A DNA stretch of 57,455 nucleotides from a virus, in IMG/VR virus record IMGVR_UViG_3300044658_000099, positions 1-57,455 of that record; one strand, written 5' to 3'. Positions 1-7,272 of this stretch are shown here, piece after piece; within the stretch, counting starts at the first letter, position 1, and each line of letters starts with the position of its first letter. Made by a program: the position numbers and the translations under genes. Under the pieces are notes generated by a model, which searched no databases, was not told the origin of the DNA, and was given only the letters and a program-made list of their open reading frames with translations.

Positions 1-127
1 GGGTCGTACATGGCGCCGCGAACCGGGTCGACGAACGCGGGCGTGATCCGGCCTCGGTCCTTCCAGGTGCGGATCGTTGAGACGGTCTTGCCGTACCTTT
101 CGGCGACCTCGCTGGTGGTGAGGAACC
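1..127. repeat. Terminal duplication, copy 1 (identical to 57329-57455)
   Basis: Read directly: the first 127 bases are repeated exactly at the window end. The repeat lies inside a coding frame. Confidence 0.95.
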
Positions 128-773
128 GGTGCGTCTCAGGGGTGCTCTCGTCCGTCTCGGCGTCGCGCGGGACGATCGGCAGGGCCCGCACTCCGGCAGG
201 CACGGCGCCAACCCAGGCGCCAGCGGCCGGGACGGACGGCTCGGCGGCCGTGACGGTCTCCGGGACGGGCGTTGCGGCGGGCGTCTCAGCGGCGCGCGCG
301 ACCGGCGTTGCGGCCAGGTGCAGCAGGTGCCCGAACACGAGCGGTGGGACGCACGAGACGACCACGACGAGCGGCCACGGCGCCCGGGGCGTCGCGGAGA
401 GCCAGCCGGTGACGAAGAGGTGTGAGACGGGCTGGGCTGCCATGGCTGCGCCGAGTGAGACGAACGCGCCCACCACCGCGGACACCTTCCCGGGGGATCC
501 GGCGGGCCGGTTCGATGCGACGGAGGCTGCGATGCCCGCGTAGGCGGCGAGGACGGCGGCCATGCCCCAGGCGAGACGCGCGTCCCATCCGGCGAGGACG
601 GCGAGGTGGTGTTCGCCGGGTGCGCACATGATGAGGACGACGACGGCGACGACGGGGCGTCCCGCGTTGGTGAACCAGCGGACCCACCACGGGACGCGGT
701 GAGACGCCGGGTGAGACGCGTGTCGCGGGCGGGACGCGATCCGGTGGCGGAGGCGTTGCAGGCGGCTGTTCAC
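1..773 (-). CDS. DUF2637-like multi-pass membrane protein with C-terminal excisionase/MerR-type HTH (5' part; 3' end is 57295-57455 across the junction; about 268 aa in total)
   Basis: Own translation of a minus frame that is missing from the ORF track because it runs off the window edge. GTG at 771-773 is preceded by GGAG. Sequence runs VNSRLQRL...WFTNAGRPVVAVVVLIMCAPGEHHLAVLAGWD..., has several hydrophobic helices, then ...FLTTSEVAERYGKTVSTIRTWKDRGRITPAFVDP. Confidence 0.7.
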   Translation of the reverse strand, partial: MNSRLQRLRHRIASRPRHASHPASHRVPWWVRWFTNAGRPVVAVVVLIMCAPGEHHLAVLAGWDARLAWGMAAVLAAYAGIAASVASNRPAGSPGKVSAVVGAFVSLGAAMAAQPVSHLFVTGWLSATPRAPWPLVVVVSCVPPLVFGHLLHLAATPVARAAETPAATPVPETVTAAEPSVPAAGAWVGAVPAGVRALPIVPRDAETDESTPETHRFLTTSEVAERYGKTVSTIRTWKDRGRITPAFVDPVRGAMYD

Positions 774-848
774 GGTGGCTCCAGGACGGTGGAGATGGGG
801 CCGGCCCCGCGCTGGGGGTGGTACGCGGGGCCGGCGGCTTGGGGTGGG

Positions 849-932
849 TCAGTGGGTGGCCATCCAGGCGGCGGCGAAGATGCCGGACGCGATGGACGTG
901 GCGATGCCGAGGGCGTACAGGAAGCGCTCCAC
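849..932 (-). CDS. Small hydrophobic peptide (27 aa)
   Basis: GTG 930-932 with GAGGAGA 6 nt upstream. Product is VERFLYALGIATSIASGIFAAAWMATH, a single hydrophobic helix. The call rests only on RBS and operon position. Confidence 0.35.
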   Translation of the reverse strand: MERFLYALGIATSIASGIFAAAWMATH

Positions 933-943
933 GGTGGGTCTCC

Positions 944-1159
944 TCACCAGGTCCGGTGGTTGAAGCGGTTGATGCCGCCGTCACGGCGCCGGTCGTGGTC
1001 CTCCCAGGCTTGGCCTTGGGCGGTGGTGTGGCGGGTGGAGCGGCGGTGGCCTTGGCGGCGCTTCGCGGCGGCCCGTGCGGTAGCGGACTCGCGGCCGGCG
1101 TAGGTCTGCTCGGCGAGTTGGCGGTCGTTGCCGCCGCCGAGCCAGGAGAACAGGCCCAT
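944..1159 (-). CDS. Hypothetical protein (71 aa)
   Basis: Internal ATG of ORF 944..1429 (MGLFSWLGGGNDRQLAEQTYAG...). The upstream part of that ORF is P/T/A-rich and looks off-frame. The start abuts the stop of the upstream gene. Confidence 0.55.
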   Translation of the reverse strand: MGLFSWLGGGNDRQLAEQTYAGRESATARAAAKRRQGHRRSTRHTTAQGQAWEDHDRRRDGGINRFNHRTW

Positions 1160-1251
1160 CACGCCACCGCCCCGGGGATGATCCAGGCGCCGCAGCGGGT
1201 GCAGACGAGCTTTCCGCCTTCGGGTTTCATGGCGCGTCCGCAGCAGGTCAT
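1159..1251 (-). CDS. Mini zinc-ribbon-like protein (30 aa)
   Basis: MTCCGRAMKPEGGKLVCTRCGAWIIPGAVA has two Cys pairs. ATG 1249-1251 overlaps the upstream stop (ATGA). Confidence 0.45.
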   Translation of the reverse strand: MTCCGRAMKPEGGKLVCTRCGAWIIPGAVA

Positions 1252-1472
1252 TGCTTCTGCCCCGCTTCCAGGATCTCGTCGACGGAGTGGCCGGCGGCGC
1301 GGGCCTTGGTGAAGAGGTCGTCGGCGCGCCATTCGGCGGCTTTCCAGTCGGGGTCGTCGTCGCAGTTGCGGATGCCGACTTGTTGGGCGATGTCGCGGCA
1401 GGTTTGGGCGGCTTGCGCGTAGGCGGCAAGCGCGGGGCTGGGCTGTTGGGCTTGCTGGTCGGTACGCTCCAT
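1248..1472 (-). CDS. Hypothetical protein (74 aa)
   Basis: MERTDQQAQQPSPALAAYAQAAQTCRDIAQQVG..., with AAGGAG upstream of ATG 1470-1472. Composition is normal, unlike the R/P-rich 5' part of ORF 1248..2048. Confidence 0.7.
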   Translation of the reverse strand: MERTDQQAQQPSPALAAYAQAAQTCRDIAQQVGIRNCDDDPDWKAAEWRADDLFTKARAAGHSVDEILEAGQKQ

Positions 1473-1509
1473 GGCGGACCTGCTCCTTTGATCGCTTCTG
1501 AGTGGGTCC

Positions 1510-1556
1510 GCCCCCGGCCATGTGGAGGTGCGAACTCCGGCCGGGGGCTTTTGTGT
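1510..1556 (+). terminator. Intrinsic-terminator-like hairpin with T tract (plus-strand orientation)
   Basis: 10-bp stem GCCCCCGGCC/GGCCGGGGGC (1510-1519 / 1539-1548) followed by TTTTGTGT. Confidence 0.5.
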
Positions 1557-1583
1557 CAGCAGCGCCGGGCTGCTTTCCATGAC

Positions 1584-1601
1584 TGTACGGGGCCCCGTAC
1601 A
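1584..1601. promoter_or_regulatory. Perfect 18-bp palindrome TGTACGGGGCCCCGTACA (candidate operator)
   Basis: Read directly. It lies in the divergent intergenic region, 43 nt upstream of the HTH gene start at 1644. Confidence 0.5.
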
Positions 1602-1643
1602 CTCAAGGCAAGCGGCCCGCCCGATAGAGATGTGAGGCCGGGT

Positions 1644-1943
1644 GTGACCGAGGAGGCTCAGCGCGTGATCGACGCCATGAACGCCGTCGAGGCGATGACC
1701 GACCCGCTGGAGCGCGCCAAGGCGATCGGCGAGGTGATGGCCGACCAGGCGGAGCGCGGGAAGCGGTGGCGGGAGATGCGCCGTGAGGTGGTGCTGGAGA
1801 TGCGCGCGCAGAAGCCGCCTGTCTCGTACCGGAAGATCGCGGCTGCGCTCGGGGTGGGCTTGGCTACGGTGCAGGACATCGAGCGTGGCTACACGGGGTC
1901 GGGGAAGGACCGGCCGCGCGCGAAGCAGGAGCCGGAGGGGTGA
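1644..1943 (+). CDS. Helix-turn-helix DNA-binding protein (99 aa)
   Basis: GTG 1644 with GAGG 6 nt upstream. HTH-like segment is ...VSYRKIAAALGVGLATVQDIERG. First gene of a short plus-strand island. Confidence 0.7.
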   Translation: MTEEAQRVIDAMNAVEAMTDPLERAKAIGEVMADQAERGKRWREMRREVVLEMRAQKPPVSYRKIAAALGVGLATVQDIERGYTGSGKDRPRAKQEPEG

Positions 1944-2335
1944 CCGCTGTGGATGATCTCGTGCAGTTCCTACACGCCCGGCTCGACGAGGACGCAGCGC
2001 GCGCCGAGGCCGCTGGCGGGGACAGCTGGCGGCGCCAGGAGCACCCATCGGAAACGGTCGCTGTCTACGACTCGAAGGGCGAGCCCGTCGTGTACGACGA
2101 GGGTTGGCCGTCCGAGGCGCAGGCGGAGCACATCGTGCGTCATGATCCGGCGCGTGTCCTGCGCGGCATCGAGGCGGACCGCGCGCTGCTCAACCAATAC
2201 GTCGAGGTGGCTGCCAACGACGTGAACGAGCTCGAATACGCGCACGGCTGGGCCAACGCCCTCGGTTTCGCGGTGCGTCTGCGCGGCATACGATTCGCCG
2301 ACCACCCGGACTACCGCGAGGAGTGGCGGCCGTAG
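1940..2335 (+). CDS. DUF6221-like protein (131 aa)
   Basis: ...AEHIVRHDPARVLRGIEADRALLNQYVE... is a signature I associate with DUF6221-type actinophage/Streptomyces proteins. GTGA overlap with the upstream gene. Confidence 0.75.
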   Translation: MTAVDDLVQFLHARLDEDAARAEAAGGDSWRRQEHPSETVAVYDSKGEPVVYDEGWPSEAQAEHIVRHDPARVLRGIEADRALLNQYVEVAANDVNELEYAHGWANALGFAVRLRGIRFADHPDYREEWRP

Positions 2336-2350
2336 CCCCGAGATGCAGCA

Positions 2351-2381
2351 GAGCCCCAGCCGGATGGATCGGCTGGGGCTC
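2351..2381 (+). terminator. Hairpin terminator between convergent genes
   Basis: 12-bp stem GAGCCCCAGCCG/CGGCTGGGGCTC with loop GATGGAT, followed by TTGCGTGTG. It starts 16 nt after the stop at 2335. Confidence 0.6.
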
Positions 2382-2453
2382 TTGCGTGTGTAGCAGACTG
2401 CCGGCCGCGCAGCAGCGGGAGCGGCGGGCAGCAATGTCAGGATCGCACGCCCG

Positions 2454-2804
2454 TCAAGCCGCGGTCGTCGAGCTCGGCCACGGTACGGCCTGCCCGGCGG
2501 CGAGCATGTCCGTGTTGAGGCAGGCCCCGTCCGCCGCGAGGACTGTGCCCAACAGGCGGCCGTAGTTGTCGTCCCGGTCTTTCTGCGTGCGGATGGTGAT
2601 CGTGCCGTCTGGTGCGTGCTGCGCATACCAGGCTTGCACCCAGGCGAGCGCGGTCTTCCCGGCGTCCGTCGACAGTTCGGGGGCGTTGAGGCCGGCAGCG
2701 CGGATCCGCTGTCCGTGGGCCCAGGTGTGGAGGCCGAGGTCGATGTCGAGGATCCAGGTGTCGCCGTCGATGATGCGGGTGAGGCGGGCGGCGTACTCAT
2801 ACAC
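2454..2804 (-). CDS. Staphylococcal-nuclease (thermonuclease)-like protein (116 aa)
   Basis: VYEYAARLTRIIDGDTWILDIDLG...RIRAAGLNAPELSTDAGKTA...YGRLLGTV matches the SNase fold signature (DGDT, APE). GTG 2802-2804 has GAAGGGG upstream and overlaps the upstream gene by 8 nt. Confidence 0.8.
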   Translation of the reverse strand: MYEYAARLTRIIDGDTWILDIDLGLHTWAHGQRIRAAGLNAPELSTDAGKTALAWVQAWYAQHAPDGTITIRTQKDRDDNYGRLLGTVLAADGACLNTDMLAAGQAVPWPSSTTAA

Positions 2805-3483
2805 GGGGCTGCCCCTTCGGCTGGTCGAGGGCGCGGATCGTCGGGCACGGCCACGGCACGGAGTGCGAGTGGGTGCACTCGCGGCAGGATCCGTAGTCCT
2901 CGGTGTGCAGCTCGCGGATGCGGGCGATGGCTTGGGCGTCCTGGTCGCCAAGGAGGTGGCCGAGCGTGCGGTGCAGTGTGGTGGTCATGTCGCGGGGCAC
3001 GACGAGCTGCGGCGTCTCGGTGGCCCGTTCGCTGTCGGCGGCGGCCTGCCGAGCCCGCTCGGTGGCGGCGCGCTCCGCCTGCGGATCGATGGGGAGCACG
3101 GTCAGGCGGGGTTCGAGCGCTGGCCATGGGAGGGTGCCGCCGAACGTGTCCATGAGCTTGTCGTAGAGGCCGGCCGGTGCGGCGAAACCGCTCGGCTCGC
3201 CGTCGGTCGCTTGGGTCTCTGCCGTGCCCAGCGCGGGCTCCTCACCGTCGACGACCTTGCGCAGGATGCGCGCCCAGTGCCGCGCGCCGGTGATGTTCTC
3301 CATGTCGGCGATCACGTCCCGGATTCGGGCCTCGGTCACCCAGGCGTGGTTCGTGCTGTGCAGCAGCTCGTCGGCGGCTGTCGGGTTGGGGCAGTCGAGG
3401 CGGGAGCAGGTGACGTGCCCGCCTTCGCCGAGGAACAGGGATGCTCCTCGGCATGCGGGGCAGCGGCCTTGGACGTCGGTCAC
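2797..3483 (-). CDS. Hypothetical protein with N-terminal zinc ribbon and C-terminal LH..C..C...WPCPT motif (228 aa)
   Basis: Intact ORF: MTDVQGRCPACRGASLFLGEGGHVTCSRLDCPNP... and ...IRELHTEDYGSCRECTHSHSVPWPCPTIRAL. Confidence 0.8.
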   Translation of the reverse strand: MTDVQGRCPACRGASLFLGEGGHVTCSRLDCPNPTAADELLHSTNHAWVTEARIRDVIADMENITGARHWARILRKVVDGEEPALGTAETQATDGEPSGFAAPAGLYDKLMDTFGGTLPWPALEPRLTVLPIDPQAERAATERARQAAADSERATETPQLVVPRDMTTTLHRTLGHLLGDQDAQAIARIRELHTEDYGSCRECTHSHSVPWPCPTIRALDQPKGQPRV

Positions 3484-3486
3484 GGG

Positions 3487-3837
3487 TCAGCCCTCCTTGG
3501 GCTCGTCGAGGTCGGCGCGCTGCCGCTTCAGAAGCTGGTCAGCGTGCTCGGCGAGCGCGCAGCCTGCGCACGTCAGGTTCTCGCCAAGGCAGTCGTGGCC
3601 GCCTTGGATCGGGTACTTGTGGGTGACGGCGGTCAGATCGACCCACCGGCGCAGCAGTGCCTCGGCGGCTTCCGCCCGCTGCCGCTCGGCTTCCCAGTCC
3701 TCAACGTTGGGTGCGGCGTCTCCGCGTCCGCAGGCGGGGCAGTAGCCGCGAGCCACGGCCCGGAGCGCGTCGAGCTGGTCGTACAGGGCGTCGAGTTGCT
3801 CGTCATTGATGGTCGAGGCGGTGAGCCGGTCGGTCAT
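3487..3837 (-). CDS. Hypothetical Cys-rich protein (116 aa)
   Basis: Intact ORF with CPACG and GHDCLGENLTCAGCAL motifs and protein-like composition. Confidence 0.8.
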   Translation of the reverse strand: MTDRLTASTINDEQLDALYDQLDALRAVARGYCPACGRGDAAPNVEDWEAERQRAEAAEALLRRWVDLTAVTHKYPIQGGHDCLGENLTCAGCALAEHADQLLKRQRADLDEPKEG

Positions 3838-4010
3838 CGGTTCTTCCTCCGTGCTGCGCGCGCGGCAGCGCGCCGGGTGGCCCGGTTGGGCGGGGCGGGG
3901 TCGGGTGCGTCGTCGTCGACGAGCTGCTCGGTGCGCACGAGTTCGGTCTGCCAGGCGACGCCCGGCCGGGGCGAGCGCTCGCCCCGGGGCGCGGACGATG
4001 GGCCGGTCAT
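3834..4010 (-). CDS. Hypothetical protein (58 aa)
   Basis: Internal ATG 4008-4010 (MTGPSSAPRGERS...). ATGA overlaps at both ends. Confidence 0.55.
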   Translation of the reverse strand: MTGPSSAPRGERSPRPGVAWQTELVRTEQLVDDDAPDPAPPNRATRRAAARAARRKNR

Positions 4011-4120
4011 CGGGTCGACCTTCGGTACCAGCGGATGCAGAAGCGCGTCCACCAGTAGGTGAAGGCGAACATGGCCACCCAGCCGGCGGCGAGGACGAGG
4101 AGGATGAGGGCTTCTCTCAC
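4007..4120 (-). CDS. Small membrane protein (37 aa)
   Basis: VREALILLVLAAGWVAMFAFTYWWTRFCIRWYRRSTR. GTG 4118-4120 with GGAG 7 nt upstream; GTGA/ATGA coupled. Confidence 0.5.
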   Translation of the reverse strand: MREALILLVLAAGWVAMFAFTYWWTRFCIRWYRRSTR

Positions 4121-4245
4121 GGTGTGCTCCGGTGGTTGTGGAAGAGGCGGGCCAGGGCGCGCCCGGCCCGGCCGAGGCCGAGGAGGGCGGCGGAGATGAG
4201 TGGGGCGCAGACGATGCCGACGCCGACAGCGCGGGCGAGGTTCAT
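4117..4245 (-). CDS. Small membrane protein (42 aa)
   Basis: MNLARAVGVGIVCAPLISAALLGLGRAG... ATG 4243-4245 overlaps the stop of the SLOG-like gene (ATGA). Confidence 0.5.
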   Translation of the reverse strand: MNLARAVGVGIVCAPLISAALLGLGRAGRALARLFHNHRSTP

Positions 4246-4613
4246 GCGGTCCACCGCCTGACGGGGACGCCGGCCGCGTCGGCGAGGCGCGCGGTATAGC
4301 TGGCACCTTGGCTCTGGTTGCGGACGAAGGCGAGGCAGATGTCCGCGCCCTCGCAAACCATCAGCGCGTTGCGGATTGGTCCGGCCTTGCGGCCGTGCTT
4401 CACCCAGTTCGCGGGGTGGGCTTCGATGGTGGCTCCGTAGCCGCGTGCCCACTCGTGGGCCATGTGGTCGGCGCCGGTGGGGCAGGCGCCGTGCACGATG
4501 GTGATCTCGCGGTCGGCGGGCAGTTCGCGGACGATGTCGGCCAGGGCCTGCCAGACGGCGCCCTGGTCCTCCCAATCGCGCGACCCCGTTACCAAGATCC
4601 GGTATGGCTTCAT
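4242..4613 (-). CDS. DUF2493 / SLOG-family (YspA-like) protein (123 aa)
   Basis: MKPYRILVTGSRDWEDQGAVWQAL...IVHGACPTGADHMAHEWA...GPIRNALMV...LAF matches the DUF2493 signature as I remember it. Confidence 0.8.
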   Translation of the reverse strand: MKPYRILVTGSRDWEDQGAVWQALADIVRELPADREITIVHGACPTGADHMAHEWARGYGATIEAHPANWVKHGRKAGPIRNALMVCEGADICLAFVRNQSQGASYTARLADAAGVPVRRWTA

Positions 4614-4903
4614 GCTGCCTCGTCGTGGTCGTAGGGCTCGGTGTGGGCCCAGGACGGCACGTGCGGCCGTGTGCGGGCGTCTGCGGGCCGTTCAGGGGTT
4701 GTTGCGGCACCTGAGCCGCGTGAAGCCCTGCGAGACGCTCCACGGGCCGCCTGCGCCCTGCGGCGGATGCCTGGAGCGACGAGCATCACCGACCATGCGG
4801 CGACGAGGGCGACGAACGCGCCCGCTGCGGCGATCACTCGGGCCCAGAGTTGGGCGGTGTCGATGAGGGCGATCCAGGCGGTCGCCGCGTCGTGAATCAG
4901 CAC
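4610..4903 (-). CDS. Membrane protein (97 aa)
   Basis: GTG 4901-4903 preceded by GAGGAGGAG. Sequence is VLIHDAATAWIALIDTAQLWARVIAAAGAFVALVAAWSVMLVAP..., and the 5' part of ORF 4610..5077 is R-rich junk. Confidence 0.6.
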   Translation of the reverse strand: MLIHDAATAWIALIDTAQLWARVIAAAGAFVALVAAWSVMLVAPGIRRRAQAARGASRRASRGSGAATTPERPADARTRPHVPSWAHTEPYDHDEAA

Positions 4904-5097
4904 GGCTGCTCCTCCTCGGTCTGCCGCGCGATGGCGGCCTGCCAGTCGAGGGCGCGCTGTTCGTCCTCGGCGCGGAACGCGGCCATGAAGTACGGGTCGG
5001 CCATGTCCATTCCGGCTTCGGCGAGGGCGGCGTCGGTCTCGTATTCGGCGGCGATCGTCTCGGAGGAGAACCCGCACGCGTTCAGTTCGCGGGTCAC
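4897..5097 (-). CDS. Hypothetical acidic protein (66 aa)
   Basis: VTRELNACGFSSETIAAEYETDAALAEAGMDMADPYFMAAFRAEDEQ... GTG 5095-5097 overlaps the upstream stop (GTGA). Confidence 0.6.
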   Translation of the reverse strand: MTRELNACGFSSETIAAEYETDAALAEAGMDMADPYFMAAFRAEDEQRALDWQAAIARQTEEEQPC

Positions 5098-5357
5098 GGC
5101 TGCGCCCCGTCCTGCTGCGTCTCGGCGGCGGGCTGGTCGGCTCGGCAGTCGGGGCACGTCCCGGAAGACCATCCGGCGGCGAATGCCGCGCGACGGGCCG
5201 CGTGCTCGTCGGGCCACATCCCCGCGCGCGCCGCAGTGGGCTGTGCTTCGAGCGCGGCCAAGGGGATGTCCTCGCCCGGTCCGTAGCCGTCGGGGATGGA
5301 CAGCCAGCGGCGGCAGGGGCCGGAACACTGCACTCGATATACGACGTTGATGGTCAT
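5094..5357 (-). CDS. Hypothetical zinc-ribbon-like protein (87 aa)
   Basis: MTINVVYRVQCSGPCRRWLSIPDGYGP...GTCPDCRADQ. ATGA overlap with the upstream gene. Confidence 0.7.
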   Translation of the reverse strand: MTINVVYRVQCSGPCRRWLSIPDGYGPGEDIPLAALEAQPTAARAGMWPDEHAARRAAFAAGWSSGTCPDCRADQPAAETQQDGAQP

Positions 5358-6013
5358 CCTCGGGCCTCTCGCTGGATGTCGCGCTCGCGCTCTTCGGCTT
5401 CGGGGTCGCGTGTCTCCCACTGCGGGCCGGTGAACAGGTCTTCGCTGAGCCCGTGGTGGTTCTCGGGGATGTCGGCGCGGCCCCTGTTGTGTCCCATGGG
5501 GAGCGGGCAGCCGCCCCACGCGCCGCACTTCGGCTGCGCCTCGGGTGTGGCGGCCGGTGTCTCGGCGGCTCGTGCGAGGAGTTGCCGGGCCTGCGTCAGG
5601 TACCGCTCCCGCTCGGCCGCGGGCATCTCCTCGTCGTCGAACGGGAGGGCGTCGCTGCGGCCGGACAGGACAGCAGCTCCAGCGAGCATGCGAGCGAAGC
5701 TGACGGCCGTTGTCTCTGAATCGGCTCGGCGCCGCAGATCCGCGGCGACCTGAGACGCGGCGAGGACGGTCTTGCCTTGCTGTGCGTACCAGTCGGCAGC
5801 TTCGCGGAGCAGCGCGGTCCCGTCGGCGGCCCGGTCGGCGGGCGGCTGCACGGCGGCCAGCTCCGGAAGCGCGGCAGAGATCTCGTCGCGCAGCTCGCAG
5901 CCACCACAGGCAAGGTTCGCGGCGAGGTTGTCGTGCCGGCCAACGGATCCGTGCAGCGCTGACAGGTGCAGCTCTGCTCGGCGCAGTAGCTCGAGGGCGG
6001 ACGGGTTGGTCAT
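5354..6013 (-). CDS. Hypothetical protein (219 aa)
   Basis: Intact ORF. It contains RHDNLAANLACGGCEL, a motif shared with 3487..3837. Confidence 0.8.
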   Translation of the reverse strand: MTNPSALELLRRAELHLSALHGSVGRHDNLAANLACGGCELRDEISAALPELAAVQPPADRAADGTALLREAADWYAQQGKTVLAASQVAADLRRRADSETTAVSFARMLAGAAVLSGRSDALPFDDEEMPAAERERYLTQARQLLARAAETPAATPEAQPKCGAWGGCPLPMGHNRGRADIPENHHGLSEDLFTGPQWETRDPEAEERERDIQREARG

Positions 6014-6050
6014 GGTGTGGCTCCTGTGGGTGTGGTGGGATCGGGACGGG

Positions 6051-6079
6051 CGGCCGCCCTGGTTCGGACAGGGCGGCCG
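6051..6079 (-). terminator. GC-rich hairpin after gene 6089..6541 (possible terminator or RNA stabiliser)
   Basis: 11-bp stem CGGCCGCCCTG/CAGGGCGGCCG with a 7-nt loop, 9 nt downstream of the stop. No T tract follows. Confidence 0.35.
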
Positions 6080-6088
6080 TTCTGCTGC

Positions 6089-6541
6089 TCACTCGCTGGC
6101 ATCATCCGCAGCCCACGCGTCCACAGCCGCCTGCGCCGCCGCGTGCTCGTACCAGCGATCCCTCAAGTCCTGAGGCGCCGGGCGGCCAGCGAGCAGCTCA
6201 CGCACGACCGTGACGACGTCGTGCGGGCTGGCCCACCGGGAGAGGCCGGGCAGGAACTCCGGGTCGCGGGCGAGGACACCGTCAGCGCGTCGGGGCGCCC
6301 ACTGCCATTGCTCGGCGGGGTGCTCCCACACGAGGTGCACGCCGTGCGGGTGGCCGTCGGTGCGCATCGTCCACACGAGGTGCGCGTAGAGCTGCATGGT
6401 GCAGCCGGCGTCGGGGCCGGTGTCGTAGCGGTTGACCTCGGCGTCGGACGTCCACGAGTCGTCGGGTGCGAGGTCGGCGGTGTCGAGTGCGTTGAAGACG
6501 GCGTTGATGTACGGGTCGTGCGGCAGGGTGCGGGTGGTCAT
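6089..6541 (-). CDS. Hypothetical protein (150 aa)
   Basis: Intact ORF with AGGAGGAAAC upstream of the ATG and normal composition. Confidence 0.8.
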   Translation of the reverse strand: MTTRTLPHDPYINAVFNALDTADLAPDDSWTSDAEVNRYDTGPDAGCTMQLYAHLVWTMRTDGHPHGVHLVWEHPAEQWQWAPRRADGVLARDPEFLPGLSRWASPHDVVTVVRELLAGRPAPQDLRDRWYEHAAAQAAVDAWAADDASE

Positions 6542-6607
6542 GTTTCCTCCTGGTTTGCGGCGTGTTGGGACGGTAGTGGTGGGGTCTGACAGCGGGGGTG
6601 GCCGGCT

Positions 6608-7240
6608 TCAGGACCCGGCGGCGGGCGGCCGGCGCAGCATGTCGGCGATCTCGTCGTCGCCGAACCCGTCCCGCACCAGCGAGGCGGCCATGGCGTTCCC
6701 GGCGGCTTCGTAGCGGGCGGCCCGCACGTGCGGCGGGTCGCAGTCCTTCGCGCCGGCCAGGCGGGCGGTAGGGCACGGATAGGGCACGAGGCCGTCACCG
6801 CCTGCCGCGGCGGCGTCGGCGTCGATGCAGACGGGGCAGGGGCCCATCGGGGAGTCCTTGTGCAGGTGCCGGATCTGCCGCATCGCGGCCTCCAGCTCAG
6901 TGACGCGGCCCTCGGCAGTGGCGGCGCGGTGGTGCATGGCGTTGTACACCGACCACAGCACAGGGGTCTCCTGGCCGTCCGCGTAGCGCTTCAGCTCCTC
7001 GTTCATGGCGTTGACGTGCTCGTCGGCGCGGCGGAGTCCGGCGGTGTAGCGCTCGCGTTCGGCGGCCAGTTCGGCCTGCTGCTGGCGGAGCGCGGCGACG
7101 AGCGCGGGCACGTCGGTTCCGGCGAGCTGGTCGGCTTCGGCCTGCCAGGCAGTGTCGAGTCCGGTGGCGTACTCGTACAGGCCGGCGGCGCGGGCTTCGA
7201 TGGCGTCGAGCTGCTGGGCGGTGAGCGGGGTGTTGGTCAT
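6608..7240 (-). CDS. Hypothetical coiled-coil protein with C-terminal LH..CP.C...YPCPT motif (210 aa)
   Basis: Internal ATG 7238-7240 (MTNTPLTAQQLDAIEARAAG...) with AAGGA upstream. Motif is ...IRHLHKDSPMGPCPVCID...LVPYPCPTARL. Confidence 0.8.
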   Translation of the reverse strand: MTNTPLTAQQLDAIEARAAGLYEYATGLDTAWQAEADQLAGTDVPALVAALRQQQAELAAERERYTAGLRRADEHVNAMNEELKRYADGQETPVLWSVYNAMHHRAATAEGRVTELEAAMRQIRHLHKDSPMGPCPVCIDADAAAAGGDGLVPYPCPTARLAGAKDCDPPHVRAARYEAAGNAMAASLVRDGFGDDEIADMLRRPPAAGS

Positions 7241-7272
7241 GTCGGGGTCCTTGGGGTCGCGGGCGGGCGGGG

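Noticed and set aside
1-127. The terminal 127-bp repeat as a true phage DTR, an LTR or an insertion-sequence boundary
   Set aside because: It is exactly 127 nt (the assembler k-mer size), it interrupts a coding sequence that reads through perfectly when the ends are joined, and there are no inverted-repeat or target-duplication features.
10-543. Plus-strand ORF of 177 aa at the window start
   Set aside because: It is A/G/T/R-rich and lacks an RBS. The opposite strand gives a coherent membrane-plus-HTH protein that continues across the junction.
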